Positions 36,587 to 46,204 of a stretch of 64,000 nucleotides of DNA are shown piece after piece. The position numbers and the translations under genes are program-made. Under the pieces are notes generated by a model. It was given only the letters and a program-made list of their open reading frames with translations. It had not been told where the DNA came from and did no database searches. The DNA lies in the sequence record NZ_CP020440.2; one strand, 5' to 3'. Source of the stretch: a plasmid. Position 1 is the stretch's first letter; each line of letters begins with the position of its first letter.

Positions 36587-37249
36587 ATGCTGCGGATCGA
36601 GGGCGAGACGCTGGGATACGGCGACCGGGCGGTGCTGGCCGACCTGCGCTTTCACATGCGCCAGGGCGAGCGCGTCGTCCTGCTGGGCCGCAGCGGCAGC
36701 GGGAAAAGCACGCTGCTGAACGCGGCCTATGCGCGTCTTGCCCCCGAACACGCCGCGCGCATCGCGCTGGTGCCGCAGGAACACGGGCTGGTGCCGCAGC
36801 TTTCGGTCTTTCACAACACCTACATGGGGCGGCTGGACCGCCATTCGACGGCCTGGAACCTGCTGAACCTGGTCTGGCCCCAGCGAAGCGCGCGCGCCTC
36901 GGTCGATCTGGCGCTGGACCGGGTGGGCCTGGCGGGCCTGGCGCGCCGGCCGGTCGGCGCGCTGTCGGGCGGGCAGAAGCAGCGCACCGCGCTGGCGCGG
37001 GCGATCCACCGCGGCGGCGATGTGCTGATCGCGGACGAACCCGTCTCGGCCGTGGACGAACGCTACGGGGCCGCGCTTCTGGACCTGCTGGCGGCGCGGT
37101 TTCCGACCATGCTGGTCGCGCTGCATGATGTGGCGCAGGCACGGCGGCTGGCCAGCCGGATCGTCGGCATCCGGGGCGGGCGGCTGGTGCTGGACCAGCC
37201 CGCGCAGGCGGTGACGGATGACCAGATCGACGCGCTTTACCGTGTCTAG
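36587..37249 (+). CDS. Phosphonate-type ABC transporter ATP-binding protein (PhnC-like)
   Basis: 220 aa with Walker A (GRSGSGKST), signature (LSGGQKQR) and Walker B. Confidence 0.85.
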   Translation: MLRIEGETLGYGDRAVLADLRFHMRQGERVVLLGRSGSGKSTLLNAAYARLAPEHAARIALVPQEHGLVPQLSVFHNTYMGRLDRHSTAWNLLNLVWPQRSARASVDLALDRVGLAGLARRPVGALSGGQKQRTALARAIHRGGDVLIADEPVSAVDERYGAALLDLLAARFPTMLVALHDVAQARRLASRIVGIRGGRLVLDQPAQAVTDDQIDALYRV

Positions 37250-38798
37250 CCGCGCGCGCGGATATGCGCCCGGCCGCATCGGCACGGCGCTGGCCTTCGT
37301 GGCTCTGGGGCTGGCGCTGCTGCCCTTTGCGGACCTGGGCATCGCCGGCCACGCCCCCTGGGTCGAACTCAGGCGCATGGTCTCGGGTCTGATGGCGCCC
37401 GATTTCGGCGCGCTGGAGTCGCTGACCCGCACCGCGGGGCTGACCGTGGCCTTCGCGCTGTGTGGCGTCGCCCTGGGCGCGGCCTGCGGCTTTGCGCTGG
37501 CGCCGCTTTACAGGCTCGGCCCGGTGCGGCTGGGCTGTGTCGCCATCCGCGCGGTCCACGAACTGTTCTGGGCCATCCTGCTGATGCAGGTCACGGGCCT
37601 GTCGGCCACCACCGGCATCCTGGCCATCGCGATCCCTTATGCGGGCATCTTCGCCAAGGTCTTCTCGGAATACCTGGACGAGGCCGACCCCCGCCCCGCC
37701 CGCGCCATGCCGCCGGGCGCCGGGGTCCTGTCGGTGTTCTTCTATGCCCGCCTGCCGCTGGTCTTGCGCGAATTCGGGACCTATGCGCTTTACCGGCTGG
37801 AATGTGCGCTGCGGTCCAGCGCGGTCCTGGGCTTCATCGGCCTGCCCACGCTGGGGTTCGAACTGGACAGCTTTTTCCGCCAGGGCATGTACGGCGCCGT
37901 CGCGGCGGTGCTGATCGTCTATTACGCGATGATCGCCAGCATGCGGCTGTGGATGCGCTGGCGGCTGGCGCCGCTTTACGTGCTGGGCTCGGCTGCGTTC
38001 CTGGCGACGCTTGCGACCCCGCCGATGGCGCCCGGCGCGCTGTGGCGGTTTCTGACCAGCGACATCGTGCCCGCGCCCCTGCGCAGCGGTGAGCTGGGCG
38101 ATGCCGCGACCTGGCAACGCTTCTCCGGCTGGCTGGGCGATCTTCTGTTGCACCAAGCGCTGCCGGGACTGGGGGCGACGATGGTGGTGGCGCAGCTTGC
38201 GCTGGTCCTTGCGGGGCTTGTCGCGTTGCTGGGCTTTCCGCTGATCGTGCCGCGCATCGCCGGCCGCTGGGGGGCGCTGGCGGGCCATCTGGGGCTGGTC
38301 GTTGGGCGATCGACGCCGGAATACATGCTGGCCTATGTGATGCTTCAGATCCTCGGCCCCTCGATGCTGCCGGCGGTCATCGCGCTGGGGCTGCACAACG
38401 GCGCGATCATCGCCCATCTGGTCGGCCGCCAGTCCGACCATGTGACGCGCGACCTGCGCCCCGACGCGCCGCGCGGCGTCGACCTTTACACCTGGGAGGT
38501 GCTGCCCCGCATCTACGGCAACTTCCTGGCGCTGTGCCTCTACCGATGGGAGATCATCGTCCGGGAATCGGCGATCCTGGGGCTTTTGGGCATTTCGACC
38601 CTGGGGTTCTACATCGGCACCGCCATCCAGGAAATCAGGACCGACCGTGCCGTCGTCCTGCTGGCGGTGACGGTCCTGGTCACGGTGCTGATCGACCTGG
38701 TGTCGCGCCGCAGCCGTGCCCGCCTGGGGCTGAGCGTACGCATCCGGCAGTCGCAGGACGGGGCAGAAAACGAGACGGCTGCCGAGGCCTTGGGCTGA
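37218..38798 (+). CDS. Phosphonate-type ABC transporter permease, duplicated/fused PhnE-like (two permease modules)
   Basis: 526 aa with two repeats of PhnE-like membrane domains. The start is uncertain; the ORF overlaps the ATPase gene by about 30 nt. Confidence 0.75.
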   Translation: MTRSTRFTVSSRARGYAPGRIGTALAFVALGLALLPFADLGIAGHAPWVELRRMVSGLMAPDFGALESLTRTAGLTVAFALCGVALGAACGFALAPLYRLGPVRLGCVAIRAVHELFWAILLMQVTGLSATTGILAIAIPYAGIFAKVFSEYLDEADPRPARAMPPGAGVLSVFFYARLPLVLREFGTYALYRLECALRSSAVLGFIGLPTLGFELDSFFRQGMYGAVAAVLIVYYAMIASMRLWMRWRLAPLYVLGSAAFLATLATPPMAPGALWRFLTSDIVPAPLRSGELGDAATWQRFSGWLGDLLLHQALPGLGATMVVAQLALVLAGLVALLGFPLIVPRIAGRWGALAGHLGLVVGRSTPEYMLAYVMLQILGPSMLPAVIALGLHNGAIIAHLVGRQSDHVTRDLRPDAPRGVDLYTWEVLPRIYGNFLALCLYRWEIIVRESAILGLLGISTLGFYIGTAIQEIRTDRAVVLLAVTVLVTVLIDLVSRRSRARLGLSVRIRQSQDGAENETAAEALG

Positions 38799-38818
38799 AC
38801 GGACATCCCTGGTGATCT

Positions 38819-38850
38819 GACACACTAGTATCTTGGTGTGTCTTTACTCC
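38819..38850 (+). terminator. Candidate terminator hairpin downstream of the PhnE-like gene
   Basis: GACACAC-tagtatcttg-GTGTGTC inverted repeat followed by TTTACTCCC. Confidence 0.4.
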
Positions 38851-38899
38851 CGGAGCAAGGGGAACGCGGCCCGAAATGGGCCATAGGGAAAAATCACGA

Positions 38900-39617
38900 T
38901 AAGGATTTTCGACTGGGCAGCCAACGGCTGCGCCGCAATGCTGGCCGCCGGCAGCCTGCCCGCCGCGGCGCAGGACTATCCGGCCAAGCCAGTCACAGTA
39001 GTGGTGCCGCTTTAGCCCGGCGGCGCCAACGGCGCGTCCCGACGGCTACACGATCATGCAGGCCTCGATCGGCGCCTGTGCGATCAACCCGGCGCTGCAG
39101 GACGACCTGCCCTATGATCCGCGCAAGGATCTGGACATGCTGACCAGCGCCGTCCGCACGCCGAACGCCCTGGTCGCGCGCCCGACGATGGAAGCCGCGA
39201 CCCTTGAGGAGCTGATCGCCAAGCTGAAGGCGGAACCCGACAGCATGCTTTTCGCCTCGTCCGGGACCGGCTCGTCGGACCACCTGCCGGCCGAGCTGTT
39301 CTGGCAGGTCACCGGCACCTCGGGCATCCATGTACTCTACAAGGGCGGCGGGCCTGCCCAGACCGACCTGATGGGCGGCCATGCCGATGCCTCGTTCCAG
39401 AACCTGGGCGCCATCGCCAATTTCGTGCGCGACGGCAAGATGAAGCTCTTGGCCATTGCCGCCGAGGAGCGCTCGCCCGAGTTTCCCGACGTGCCCACGC
39501 TGAAGGAACTGGAGAGCGAGGGGATACGTCCGCCGAGACCGACGCCTTCGTCGCCGCCGAGATCGACCGCCGGACCGAGGTGGTCAAGGCGGGCGAAATC
39601 AAGCCCGAGGGCTGATC
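38900..39617 (+). pseudogene. Decayed TctC/Bug-family tripartite tricarboxylate transporter binding-protein gene
   Basis: A TctC-like N-terminus (AAMLAAGSLPAAAQDYPAKPVTVVVPL) runs into an in-frame TAG, then PGGANGA, then a loss of about 45 codons and a frame change. The central TctC region follows (ARPDGYTIMQASIGAC...HVLYKGGGPAQTDLMGGHADASFQNLGAIANFVRDGKMKLLAIAAEERSPEFPDVPTLKELESEGI), then another frameshift before the typical C-terminus (AETDAFVAAEIDRRTEVVKAGEIKPEG*). Confidence 0.75.
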
Positions 39618-39618
39618 C

Positions 39619-40206
39619 TTGACAAGCCAAGCGACCGGGGTGCCGGGCCCTCGCACCCAGGATTTCTGGGCGGGCGTCGTCTATGTGGCGCTGGGGTCGG
39701 CCACGGTCCTTCTGGGCCGCGACCTGCCCATGGGCAGCGCCGCCCGGATGGGGCCGGGGTGTTTCCCGACCGTGCTGGGCGGGCTGCTTTCGCCTGAACA
39801 CGCCGCGCGCTATCCGCACCAGTTCAGCGGCGGCCAGCGCCAGCGCATCGCGATCGCCCGGGCCCTGGCGATGGAGCCCAGGCTGATCGTCTGCGACGAG
39901 GCGGTCTCGGCGCTGGACGTGTCGATCCAGGCGCAGGTGATCGCGCTGCTTGACGGGCTGCGGCGCGAATTCGGCCTGTCCTATCTGTTCATCGCCCACG
40001 ACCTGCCGGTGGTGCGCGATTTCGCCGACCGCGTGATCGTCATGCGTCAGGGCCGCATCGTCGAGGAAGGCCCCGTCCGCCAGATCTTTGAAAACCCGCG
40101 CGAGCCCTATACCCAGGCCCTGCTGGCGGCGAGCCTGGACCCCGACCCCGAGGTGCAGGCCGCCCGCCGCCTCGCCCGCGACGCCCTGGAGAAGATCCCC
40201 GCATGA
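39619..40206 (+). pseudogene. Chimeric gene remnant: TctB N-terminal fragment fused in-frame to the C-terminal half of a Dpp/Opp-type ABC ATPase
   Basis: Residues 1-57 are TctB-like ([43 protein letters not shown]). The next residues, [50 protein letters not shown]..., are the signature/Walker B/C-terminal part of an OppF/DppF-like ATPase. The junction is near 39790. The stop overlaps the start of the downstream dehydrogenase gene. Confidence 0.7.
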
Positions 40207-41150
40207 AACACGCCCCGATCAAGCCGCATGTCCTGGTCGCCTATCCGCTGCGCCCGCGCTTCATGGACGAACTCGAGGTGCGCTATACGCTGCACCGCCT
40301 CGACCGCGACGGGCCGGGGATGCTGGACACGGCAGGGCCGCTTTGCACGGCGATGGTGGTGAACGGGCATGTGACGGTGGACCGGGCGCTGCTGGACCGG
40401 CTGCCGGCGCTGCGGCTTGCGGCCTGTTCCTCGGCCGGGTTCGACCTGATGGACCTGGCCGAAATGACGCGGCGCGGGATCACGCTGACCAACACCTCGG
40501 ACGCGCTGGTCGACGAGGTGGCGAACATGGCCGTGCTGCTGGCGCTGGCGGCGCGGCGCCAGCTGGTCCGGGCGGATGCCTATGTCCGGTCCGGTGCATG
40601 GGGCGAATGCGGCATGTTCCCGCTGACCCCCTCGACCGTGGGCAAGCGCACGGGGATCGTCGGGCTTGGCAATATCGGCCAGGCCATCGCGCGCCGGTGC
40701 GAGGCCCTGGGCCACCGGATCGGCTATTTCGGGCGCAGCCGAAAGCCGGTGGATTACGACTTCTTTCCCGACCTGACGGCACTGGCCGGCTGGGCCGACA
40801 TCCTGATCGTGGCGACCCCGGGCGGGCCCGAGACCGAGGGGCTGATCTCGGCCCCGGTGATCGAGGCGCTGGGACCGGAGGGAACGCTGGTCAATGTCGC
40901 GCGCGGCACGGTGGTGGACGAGGACGCGCTGGTCGCGGCCTTGCGCGATGGCCGCCTGGGCTCGGCCGGGCTGGACGTCTATCTGAACGAACCGCGGCCG
41001 GACCCCGCGTTCGCGGCGCTGCCGAACGCGGTGCTTTATCCCCACCACGCCAGCGGGACCGAGGAAACCCGCGACCGCATGGCCCAGTTGACGCTGGACA
41101 ACCTGGCGGCCTTCTTCGCAGGCCTGCCGTTGCCGACCCCGGTGAACTGA
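40203..41150 (+). CDS. D-isomer-specific 2-hydroxyacid dehydrogenase (glyoxylate/hydroxypyruvate reductase-like)
   Basis: 315 aa with an NAD-binding GxGxxG ([13 protein letters not shown]) and a catalytic region ([33 protein letters not shown]...HHASGT). Confidence 0.85.
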   Translation: MKHAPIKPHVLVAYPLRPRFMDELEVRYTLHRLDRDGPGMLDTAGPLCTAMVVNGHVTVDRALLDRLPALRLAACSSAGFDLMDLAEMTRRGITLTNTSDALVDEVANMAVLLALAARRQLVRADAYVRSGAWGECGMFPLTPSTVGKRTGIVGLGNIGQAIARRCEALGHRIGYFGRSRKPVDYDFFPDLTALAGWADILIVATPGGPETEGLISAPVIEALGPEGTLVNVARGTVVDEDALVAALRDGRLGSAGLDVYLNEPRPDPAFAALPNAVLYPHHASGTEETRDRMAQLTLDNLAAFFAGLPLPTPVN

Positions 41151-41244
41151 AGCTGTGCCGGCCTTGGCACGCCTCCGTTGCCAGTGGCAGGAAGGGTGAT
41201 CGCCCGCTAGAACGGGGCCAGCCCGCTTGCCATTTCCCGGAGGT

Positions 41245-41280
41245 CGACGATGACGCTGACAGAGACGATGACGCTGACAG
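41245..41280 (+). repeat. Perfect 18-bp tandem direct duplication (gacgatgacgctgacaga x2) spanning the GNAT start codon
   Basis: Read directly in the sequence. It generates two in-frame ATG codons and a 6-aa repeat at the N-terminus. Confidence 0.8.
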
Positions 41281-41921
41281 ACTGGACCCCACGCCCGCGC
41301 CCTGCGCGTGCGCCGCTGGAGGGTCGCTATGTCCGCCTTGAGCCGCTGGCGCAGGATCATGCCCCGGCGCTGTTCGATGCTGCCACCGCTCCGGGGGCCG
41401 AGGACCGCTTTCGCTGGCTGTTCGAAACGCCGCCTGAAAGCCAGGACGCGTTCGGCGACTGGCTTGAACGAGCCGCCCGTTCCGACGATCCGCTGTTCTT
41501 CGCCGTCGTGGACCGGCGGACCGGCCGCGCCGAGGGACGGCAGGCGCTGATGCGCATCGACCAGGGCCACGGCGTCATCGAGATCGGCAATATCATGTGG
41601 GGTCCGGCCCTGCAGCGCACGCGCATGGCGACCGAGGCGCTGTTCCTGTTCGCCGACCATGTCTTCGACCTTGGCTACCGGCGCTTCGAATGGAAATGCA
41701 ACGCCTTGAACGCGCCCTCGAAACGGGCCGCGGAACGCTTCGGCTTCCGGCCCGAAGGCGTGTTCCGCCAGCACATGGTCGTCAAGGGCGAAAGCCGCGA
41801 CACGGCCTGGTTCGCGATGACGGACGGCGACTGGCAGCGGCTGCGGCCGCTTTACCTGGCATGGCTGCACCCCGACAACTTCGACGCCGCAGGCCGGCAG
41901 AAGGAGCCGCTGCGGATATAG
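41250..41921 (+). CDS. GNAT-family N-acetyltransferase (RimJ/RimL-like)
   Basis: 223 aa (YVRLEPLAQDHAPALFDA...IEIGNIMWGPALQRTRMATEALFLFADHVFDLGYRRFEWKCNALNAPSKRAAERFGFRPEG). The N-terminus carries a duplicated MTLTE/MTLTD. Confidence 0.8.
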   Translation: MTLTETMTLTDWTPRPRPARAPLEGRYVRLEPLAQDHAPALFDAATAPGAEDRFRWLFETPPESQDAFGDWLERAARSDDPLFFAVVDRRTGRAEGRQALMRIDQGHGVIEIGNIMWGPALQRTRMATEALFLFADHVFDLGYRRFEWKCNALNAPSKRAAERFGFRPEGVFRQHMVVKGESRDTAWFAMTDGDWQRLRPLYLAWLHPDNFDAAGRQKEPLRI

Positions 41922-42226
41922 CGAAGGGGGCGTGCGGGCGCCGTTCAGCCGTCAGCGCGGGCTGACGTCAGGGGTGGTGAGTCCGCTGCCCTGCCTCCGC
42001 ATTGGTACGGGAAATGGATACCAAGCGAAACCCTGGTCGGCCGGTTGGCCGCGCCCTGGATGAGGCCGAGGCGCCGCTGGCTGCTGGTCGACATGAAGTC
42101 GGACTGGGCGCAGGTCTTCCGCCCTGCACCGCAAGAAGGCGCTCCGGTTGGCCCAGTCCGCTTCATGCGACCAGGGCTTGCGATCACGCGGGTTTGTGCA
42201 CACGGTGGGATGCCGCGCTGCCTGTC

Positions 42227-43186
42227 TCAGGGTTCGGCCTGCATTTGAGTGATTGCGGCGGCGGCGATGATATCCTCGACCGAGCATCCGCGCGAGAGGT
42301 CGTTTGCGGGTTTGGCGAGGCCTTGCAGGATGGGGCCGATGGCGGTCAGGCCGCCCAGGCGTTGTGCGATCTTGTAGCCGATGTTGCCCGAGGCGAGGTC
42401 TGGGAAGACGAAGACGTTGGGGCGTCCCGTCAGGGCGCTGTTTGGCGCCTTTTTGGAACGGATCGCGTCGTCGAGGGCGGCGTCGAACTGCATCTCGCCG
42501 TCGATTTCCAGCCCCGGCGCGGCCGCGCGCACCAGGGCCAGCGCCTCGCGGATCTTGAGCAGGCTTGGGTGGTCGGCCGAGCCGGCGGTGGAAAAGGACA
42601 GCATTGCCACGCGCGGCTCCTCGGCCAGCAGGCGCCGGCAGCTGTCGGCGGCCGACAGCGCGATCGAGGCCAGCCCCTCGGCGTCCGGCTCGACCACCAG
42701 CCCGCAATCGGCAAAGATCATGCCGCCCCTGATCGGCGCCGCCGGGCCGCAGGACAGCATCAGGAAGAAGCTCGAGACGATGCCGGCGCCCGGCGCGCGG
42801 CCGATGATCTGGAGCGCCGCGCGCACCGTGTCGGCGGTGGTGGCGACGGCCCCGCCCAGCGTGCCGTCCGCCTGGCCCAGCCGGACGCGCATTGCCGCCT
42901 GGCGGATCGGGTCGCGCATCTCGGCCAGGGCGCGCTCGGCGGTCATGCCCCGGGCGGCGCGCATCTTGTGCCAGTGCTCGGCAAGTTCGGGCAGGTCGGG
43001 CGCCTCGGCCGGGGCAAGCGCCGTCACCCCCGCAACGGCCGGCCCGTCCATCAGCGTGATCCGGGCCAGGCCTTCGGCGGTCATGCGGGCGGCGGCCTCG
43101 GCCACGCGCGGGTCGCCCCCTTCGGGCAGGATGATGTGGCGCGGCCGGGCGCGCACGGCGGCCAGGATACGGTCGAGCGGTTTCAT
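42227..43186 (-). CDS. pta: Phosphate acetyltransferase (short-form Pta)
   Basis: 319 aa (MKPLDRILAAVRARPRHIILPEGGDPRV...SGNIGYKIAQRLGG). Lies downstream of xsc/tauZ, as in known taurine clusters. Confidence 0.85.
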   Translation of the reverse strand: MKPLDRILAAVRARPRHIILPEGGDPRVAEAAARMTAEGLARITLMDGPAVAGVTALAPAEAPDLPELAEHWHKMRAARGMTAERALAEMRDPIRQAAMRVRLGQADGTLGGAVATTADTVRAALQIIGRAPGAGIVSSFFLMLSCGPAAPIRGGMIFADCGLVVEPDAEGLASIALSAADSCRRLLAEEPRVAMLSFSTAGSADHPSLLKIREALALVRAAAPGLEIDGEMQFDAALDDAIRSKKAPNSALTGRPNVFVFPDLASGNIGYKIAQRLGGLTAIGPILQGLAKPANDLSRGCSVEDIIAAAAITQMQAEP

Positions 43187-43189
43187 GGC

Positions 43190-44251
43190 TTACCCCAGCA
43201 GATGCAGGCCGGCGGTGACAAAGCCGCCCAGGAACACGGTATCGGCCAGAAGCACCGCGATGGCGCCGGGACCCACCTCGAGCATGCGCCTGAGCGAGGT
43301 CTTGATCCCCACCGCCGCAATGGCGATCAGCAGCGCCCAGCGGCTGGCAAGCCCCGCCGCATCGGCCAGCATCGCCGGCATCAGCCCCAGCGAGTTCACC
43401 GCCGCCAGCGCCAGGAAGCCCAGCACGAAGCCCGGCAGCAGCGGCGGCTTTTGTCCCGCCTGCCGGTCGGCCAGGCCCCTGTGCCGGATGATCAACGAAA
43501 AGCACAGCACCACCGGCGCCAGCATCGAGACCCGGATCAGCTTGACCAGGGTGGCCGTCTCGCCCGCCTCGGGCCCGATCGAGAAGCCCGCGCCGACCAC
43601 CTGCGCCACGTCGTGGATCGTGCCGCCGATGAAGACGCCCGCGTCCTGCGGCCCCAGGCCGAAAAGCCGCGCGAGCAGCGGATAGATCACCATGGCGACC
43701 GTCGAAAGCACGGTGACCGCCAGCACGGTGAACACCAGGTCGCGTTCGGATTTCTCGTGTCTGGGCAGCACGGCGGCGATGGCCATGGCGGCCGAGGCGC
43801 CGCAGATCGCCACCGCGCCGCCGGTCAGCAGCCCGAAGCGCCAGTCGCGCCCGGCAAGCCGCGCCGCCGCGAGCCCGAAGAGGATGGTCAGCACGACGCC
43901 CGCCACCACCAGCCCGATGGCGCGCGGCCCCAGCGCCGCCAGCATGGCGACCGAGATGCGCGCCCCGAGGAGCGCGACGCCCAGCCGCAGCACGCTGCGC
44001 GCGGTAAAGGCGATGCCGGGCCCGGTCCTGGTGCCCTCATCGGCCAGGAAATTGAGCGCGAGGCCCAGAAGCAGCGCCATCAGCATGGCAGGCGCGCCGT
44101 AATGCTCGGACAGGAACTGTGCGGTGGCGGCGACCAGAACCGAGACGGCGATGCCCGGGAAAAGATCGGCAAGGCCGCTGCGCGCGGCGGAAACGACGCG
44201 GGCCGGGGCCTTCGGCACGGGTTCTTCCGGGATCGAGGGGCTGCGGGACAT
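43190..44251 (-). CDS. tauZ: YeiH/PSE-family membrane protein (putative sulfate/sulfite exporter TauZ)
   Basis: 353 aa polytopic protein of the UPF0324/YeiH family. Its position between xsc and pta matches the described tauZ. Confidence 0.7.
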   Translation of the reverse strand: MSRSPSIPEEPVPKAPARVVSAARSGLADLFPGIAVSVLVAATAQFLSEHYGAPAMLMALLLGLALNFLADEGTRTGPGIAFTARSVLRLGVALLGARISVAMLAALGPRAIGLVVAGVVLTILFGLAAARLAGRDWRFGLLTGGAVAICGASAAMAIAAVLPRHEKSERDLVFTVLAVTVLSTVAMVIYPLLARLFGLGPQDAGVFIGGTIHDVAQVVGAGFSIGPEAGETATLVKLIRVSMLAPVVLCFSLIIRHRGLADRQAGQKPPLLPGFVLGFLALAAVNSLGLMPAMLADAAGLASRWALLIAIAAVGIKTSLRRMLEVGPGAIAVLLADTVFLGGFVTAGLHLLG

Positions 44252-44409
44252 GGTGGTGCATCCTGACGATGAGAGGGGGCCGGCGGTCTGCCGGGCGGGC
44301 GTGGGCAGGGGGCTCTGCCCCCACGCTGCCGCGGCCCCTGGACGGGGCCGGGGCAGCGTTCCCCCGGGGTATTTTGCAAACGGAGAAAGCCAAGGCGCGC
44401 CCGAGCGGG

Positions 44410-46191
44410 TCAGGCGGCACCTTTCTGCGGGCGCATGTCGGCCGGGTCAATGCCCGCCACGACCACCGGCTTCTTCATCGCGTCGCGGCGGAAGGGCTCG
44501 CCCAACTCCTGGTTCAAGAGCACCTCGATGAAGGTGGTTTCGCCGTGCGTCATCTGCCGCTCGACCGCCTCGTGCAGGGCCCGGGTCAGCTCCTCCTGCG
44601 ACTTGACCTGCACGCCGTTGACGCCGCAGGCCTTGGCGATGCCGGCATAGGTGGTGTCGCGGTCAAGCTCGGTGCCGACGAAGTTGTTGGCATACCACAG
44701 CGTCGTGTTGCGCTTTTCCGCGCCCCACTGGTAGTTGCGGAAGATCACCATGGTGATCGCCGGCCAGCCCTTGCGGCCCACGGACACCATCTCGTTCATC
44801 GAGATGCCGAAGGCGCCGTCGCCCGCAAAGCCGATCACCGGCGTGTCGGGGTTGCCGATCTTGGCGCCGAGGATCGCCGGGAAGCCATAGCCGCAGGGAC
44901 CGAACAGACCCGGCGCCAGATACTTCCGGCCACCCTCGAAGCTTGGATAGGCGTTGCCGATGGCGCAGTTGTTGCCGATGTCGGAGGACACGATAGCGTC
45001 CGACGGCACCGCCTGCATGATCGCCCGCCAGGCCTGGCGCGGGCTCATCAGGTCGCTGTCGCGTTGGCGCGCCTCGGCGTTCCATTCGGTGCCGGGGTCG
45101 TCATCTTCGTGGTCGAGGCTGGACAGCTCCTGCGCCCAACGCGACTTGGTCTGCGCGATCAGCGCCTTGCGCTCGGCCCGGCCGTCCTCGCCAGCGGTGT
45201 CGGAAAGCTGCGCCAGGATGGCGCGGGCCACTTTGCCCGCGTCGCCCTGGATGCCCACGGTGACCTTCTTGGTCAGGCCGATGCGGTCGGCGTTGATGTC
45301 GACCTGGATGATCTTCGCTTCCTTGGGCCAATAGTCGATGCCATAGCCCGGCAGGGTCGAGAACGGGTTGAGCCGCGTCCCCAGCGCCAGGACCACGTCG
45401 GCCTTGGCGATCAGTTCCATTGCGGCCTTGCTGCCGTTGTAGCCCAGGGGCCCGACCGCCAGCGGGTGGCTGCCTGGGAAGCTGTCGTTGTGCTGGTAGT
45501 TCGAGGCCACCGGTGCATCCAGCCGCTCGGCCAGTGTCACGAGATCCGGGATCGCGCCCGACAAGACCACGCCCGCGCCCGAAAGGATCGCCGGGAACTT
45601 GGCTTCCGACAGCAGCCGCGCCGCCTCGGCCACCGCCCCCTCGCCGCCCGCGGGGCGTTCGAAGCGGACCACCTGCGGCAGGTCGACGTCGATCACCTGG
45701 GTCCACATGTCGCGCGGAATGTTCATCTGCGCCGGGGCCGAGTTGCGCCACGCCTGCATGATGACGCGGTTCAAGACCTCGGGAATGCGTGAAGGATCGC
45801 GCACTTCTTCTTGATAACACACGCAGTCCGCGAACAGACGCATCTGCTCCATCTCCTGGAAGCCGCCCTGGCCAATGGTCTTGTTGGCGGCCTGAGGCGT
45901 GACCAGCAAAAGCGGGGTGTGGTTCCAGTAGGCGGTCTTGACCGGCGTCACAAAGCCCGTCACCCCCGGCCCGTTCTGCGCGATCATCATCGACATCTTG
46001 CCGGTCGAGCGGGTGAAGCCGTCGGCCATCAGCCCGGCATTCGTCTCATGCGCGGTGTCCCAGAACGTGATCCCGGCCTTGGGAAAGAGGTCGCTGACCG
46101 GCATCATGGCCGAGCCAATGATCCCGAACGCATGCTCGATCCCATGCATCTGCAGAACTTTGACAAACGCTTCCTCGGTCGTCATCTTCAT
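44410..46191 (-). CDS. xsc: Sulfoacetaldehyde acetyltransferase (ThDP-dependent)
   Basis: Start MKMTTEEAFVKVLQMHGIEHAFGIIGSAMMPVSDLF. About 593 aa, a ThDP enzyme fold with the GDGAF motif (IGFAGDGAFGISMNEMV). Lies in the taurine-cluster context. Confidence 0.88.
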   Translation of the reverse strand: MKMTTEEAFVKVLQMHGIEHAFGIIGSAMMPVSDLFPKAGITFWDTAHETNAGLMADGFTRSTGKMSMMIAQNGPGVTGFVTPVKTAYWNHTPLLLVTPQAANKTIGQGGFQEMEQMRLFADCVCYQEEVRDPSRIPEVLNRVIMQAWRNSAPAQMNIPRDMWTQVIDVDLPQVVRFERPAGGEGAVAEAARLLSEAKFPAILSGAGVVLSGAIPDLVTLAERLDAPVASNYQHNDSFPGSHPLAVGPLGYNGSKAAMELIAKADVVLALGTRLNPFSTLPGYGIDYWPKEAKIIQVDINADRIGLTKKVTVGIQGDAGKVARAILAQLSDTAGEDGRAERKALIAQTKSRWAQELSSLDHEDDDPGTEWNAEARQRDSDLMSPRQAWRAIMQAVPSDAIVSSDIGNNCAIGNAYPSFEGGRKYLAPGLFGPCGYGFPAILGAKIGNPDTPVIGFAGDGAFGISMNEMVSVGRKGWPAITMVIFRNYQWGAEKRNTTLWYANNFVGTELDRDTTYAGIAKACGVNGVQVKSQEELTRALHEAVERQMTHGETTFIEVLLNQELGEPFRRDAMKKPVVVAGIDPADMRPQKGAA

Positions 46192-46204
46192 GGCGGATAG
46201 CTCC

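Noticed and set aside
35624-38825. 602-aa and 772-aa minus-strand ORFs antisense to the PhnD/C/E-like genes
   Set aside because: Arg/Pro/Gly-rich, with no domains. They overlap coherent plus-strand transporter genes that have signal peptide, Walker motifs and TM modules.
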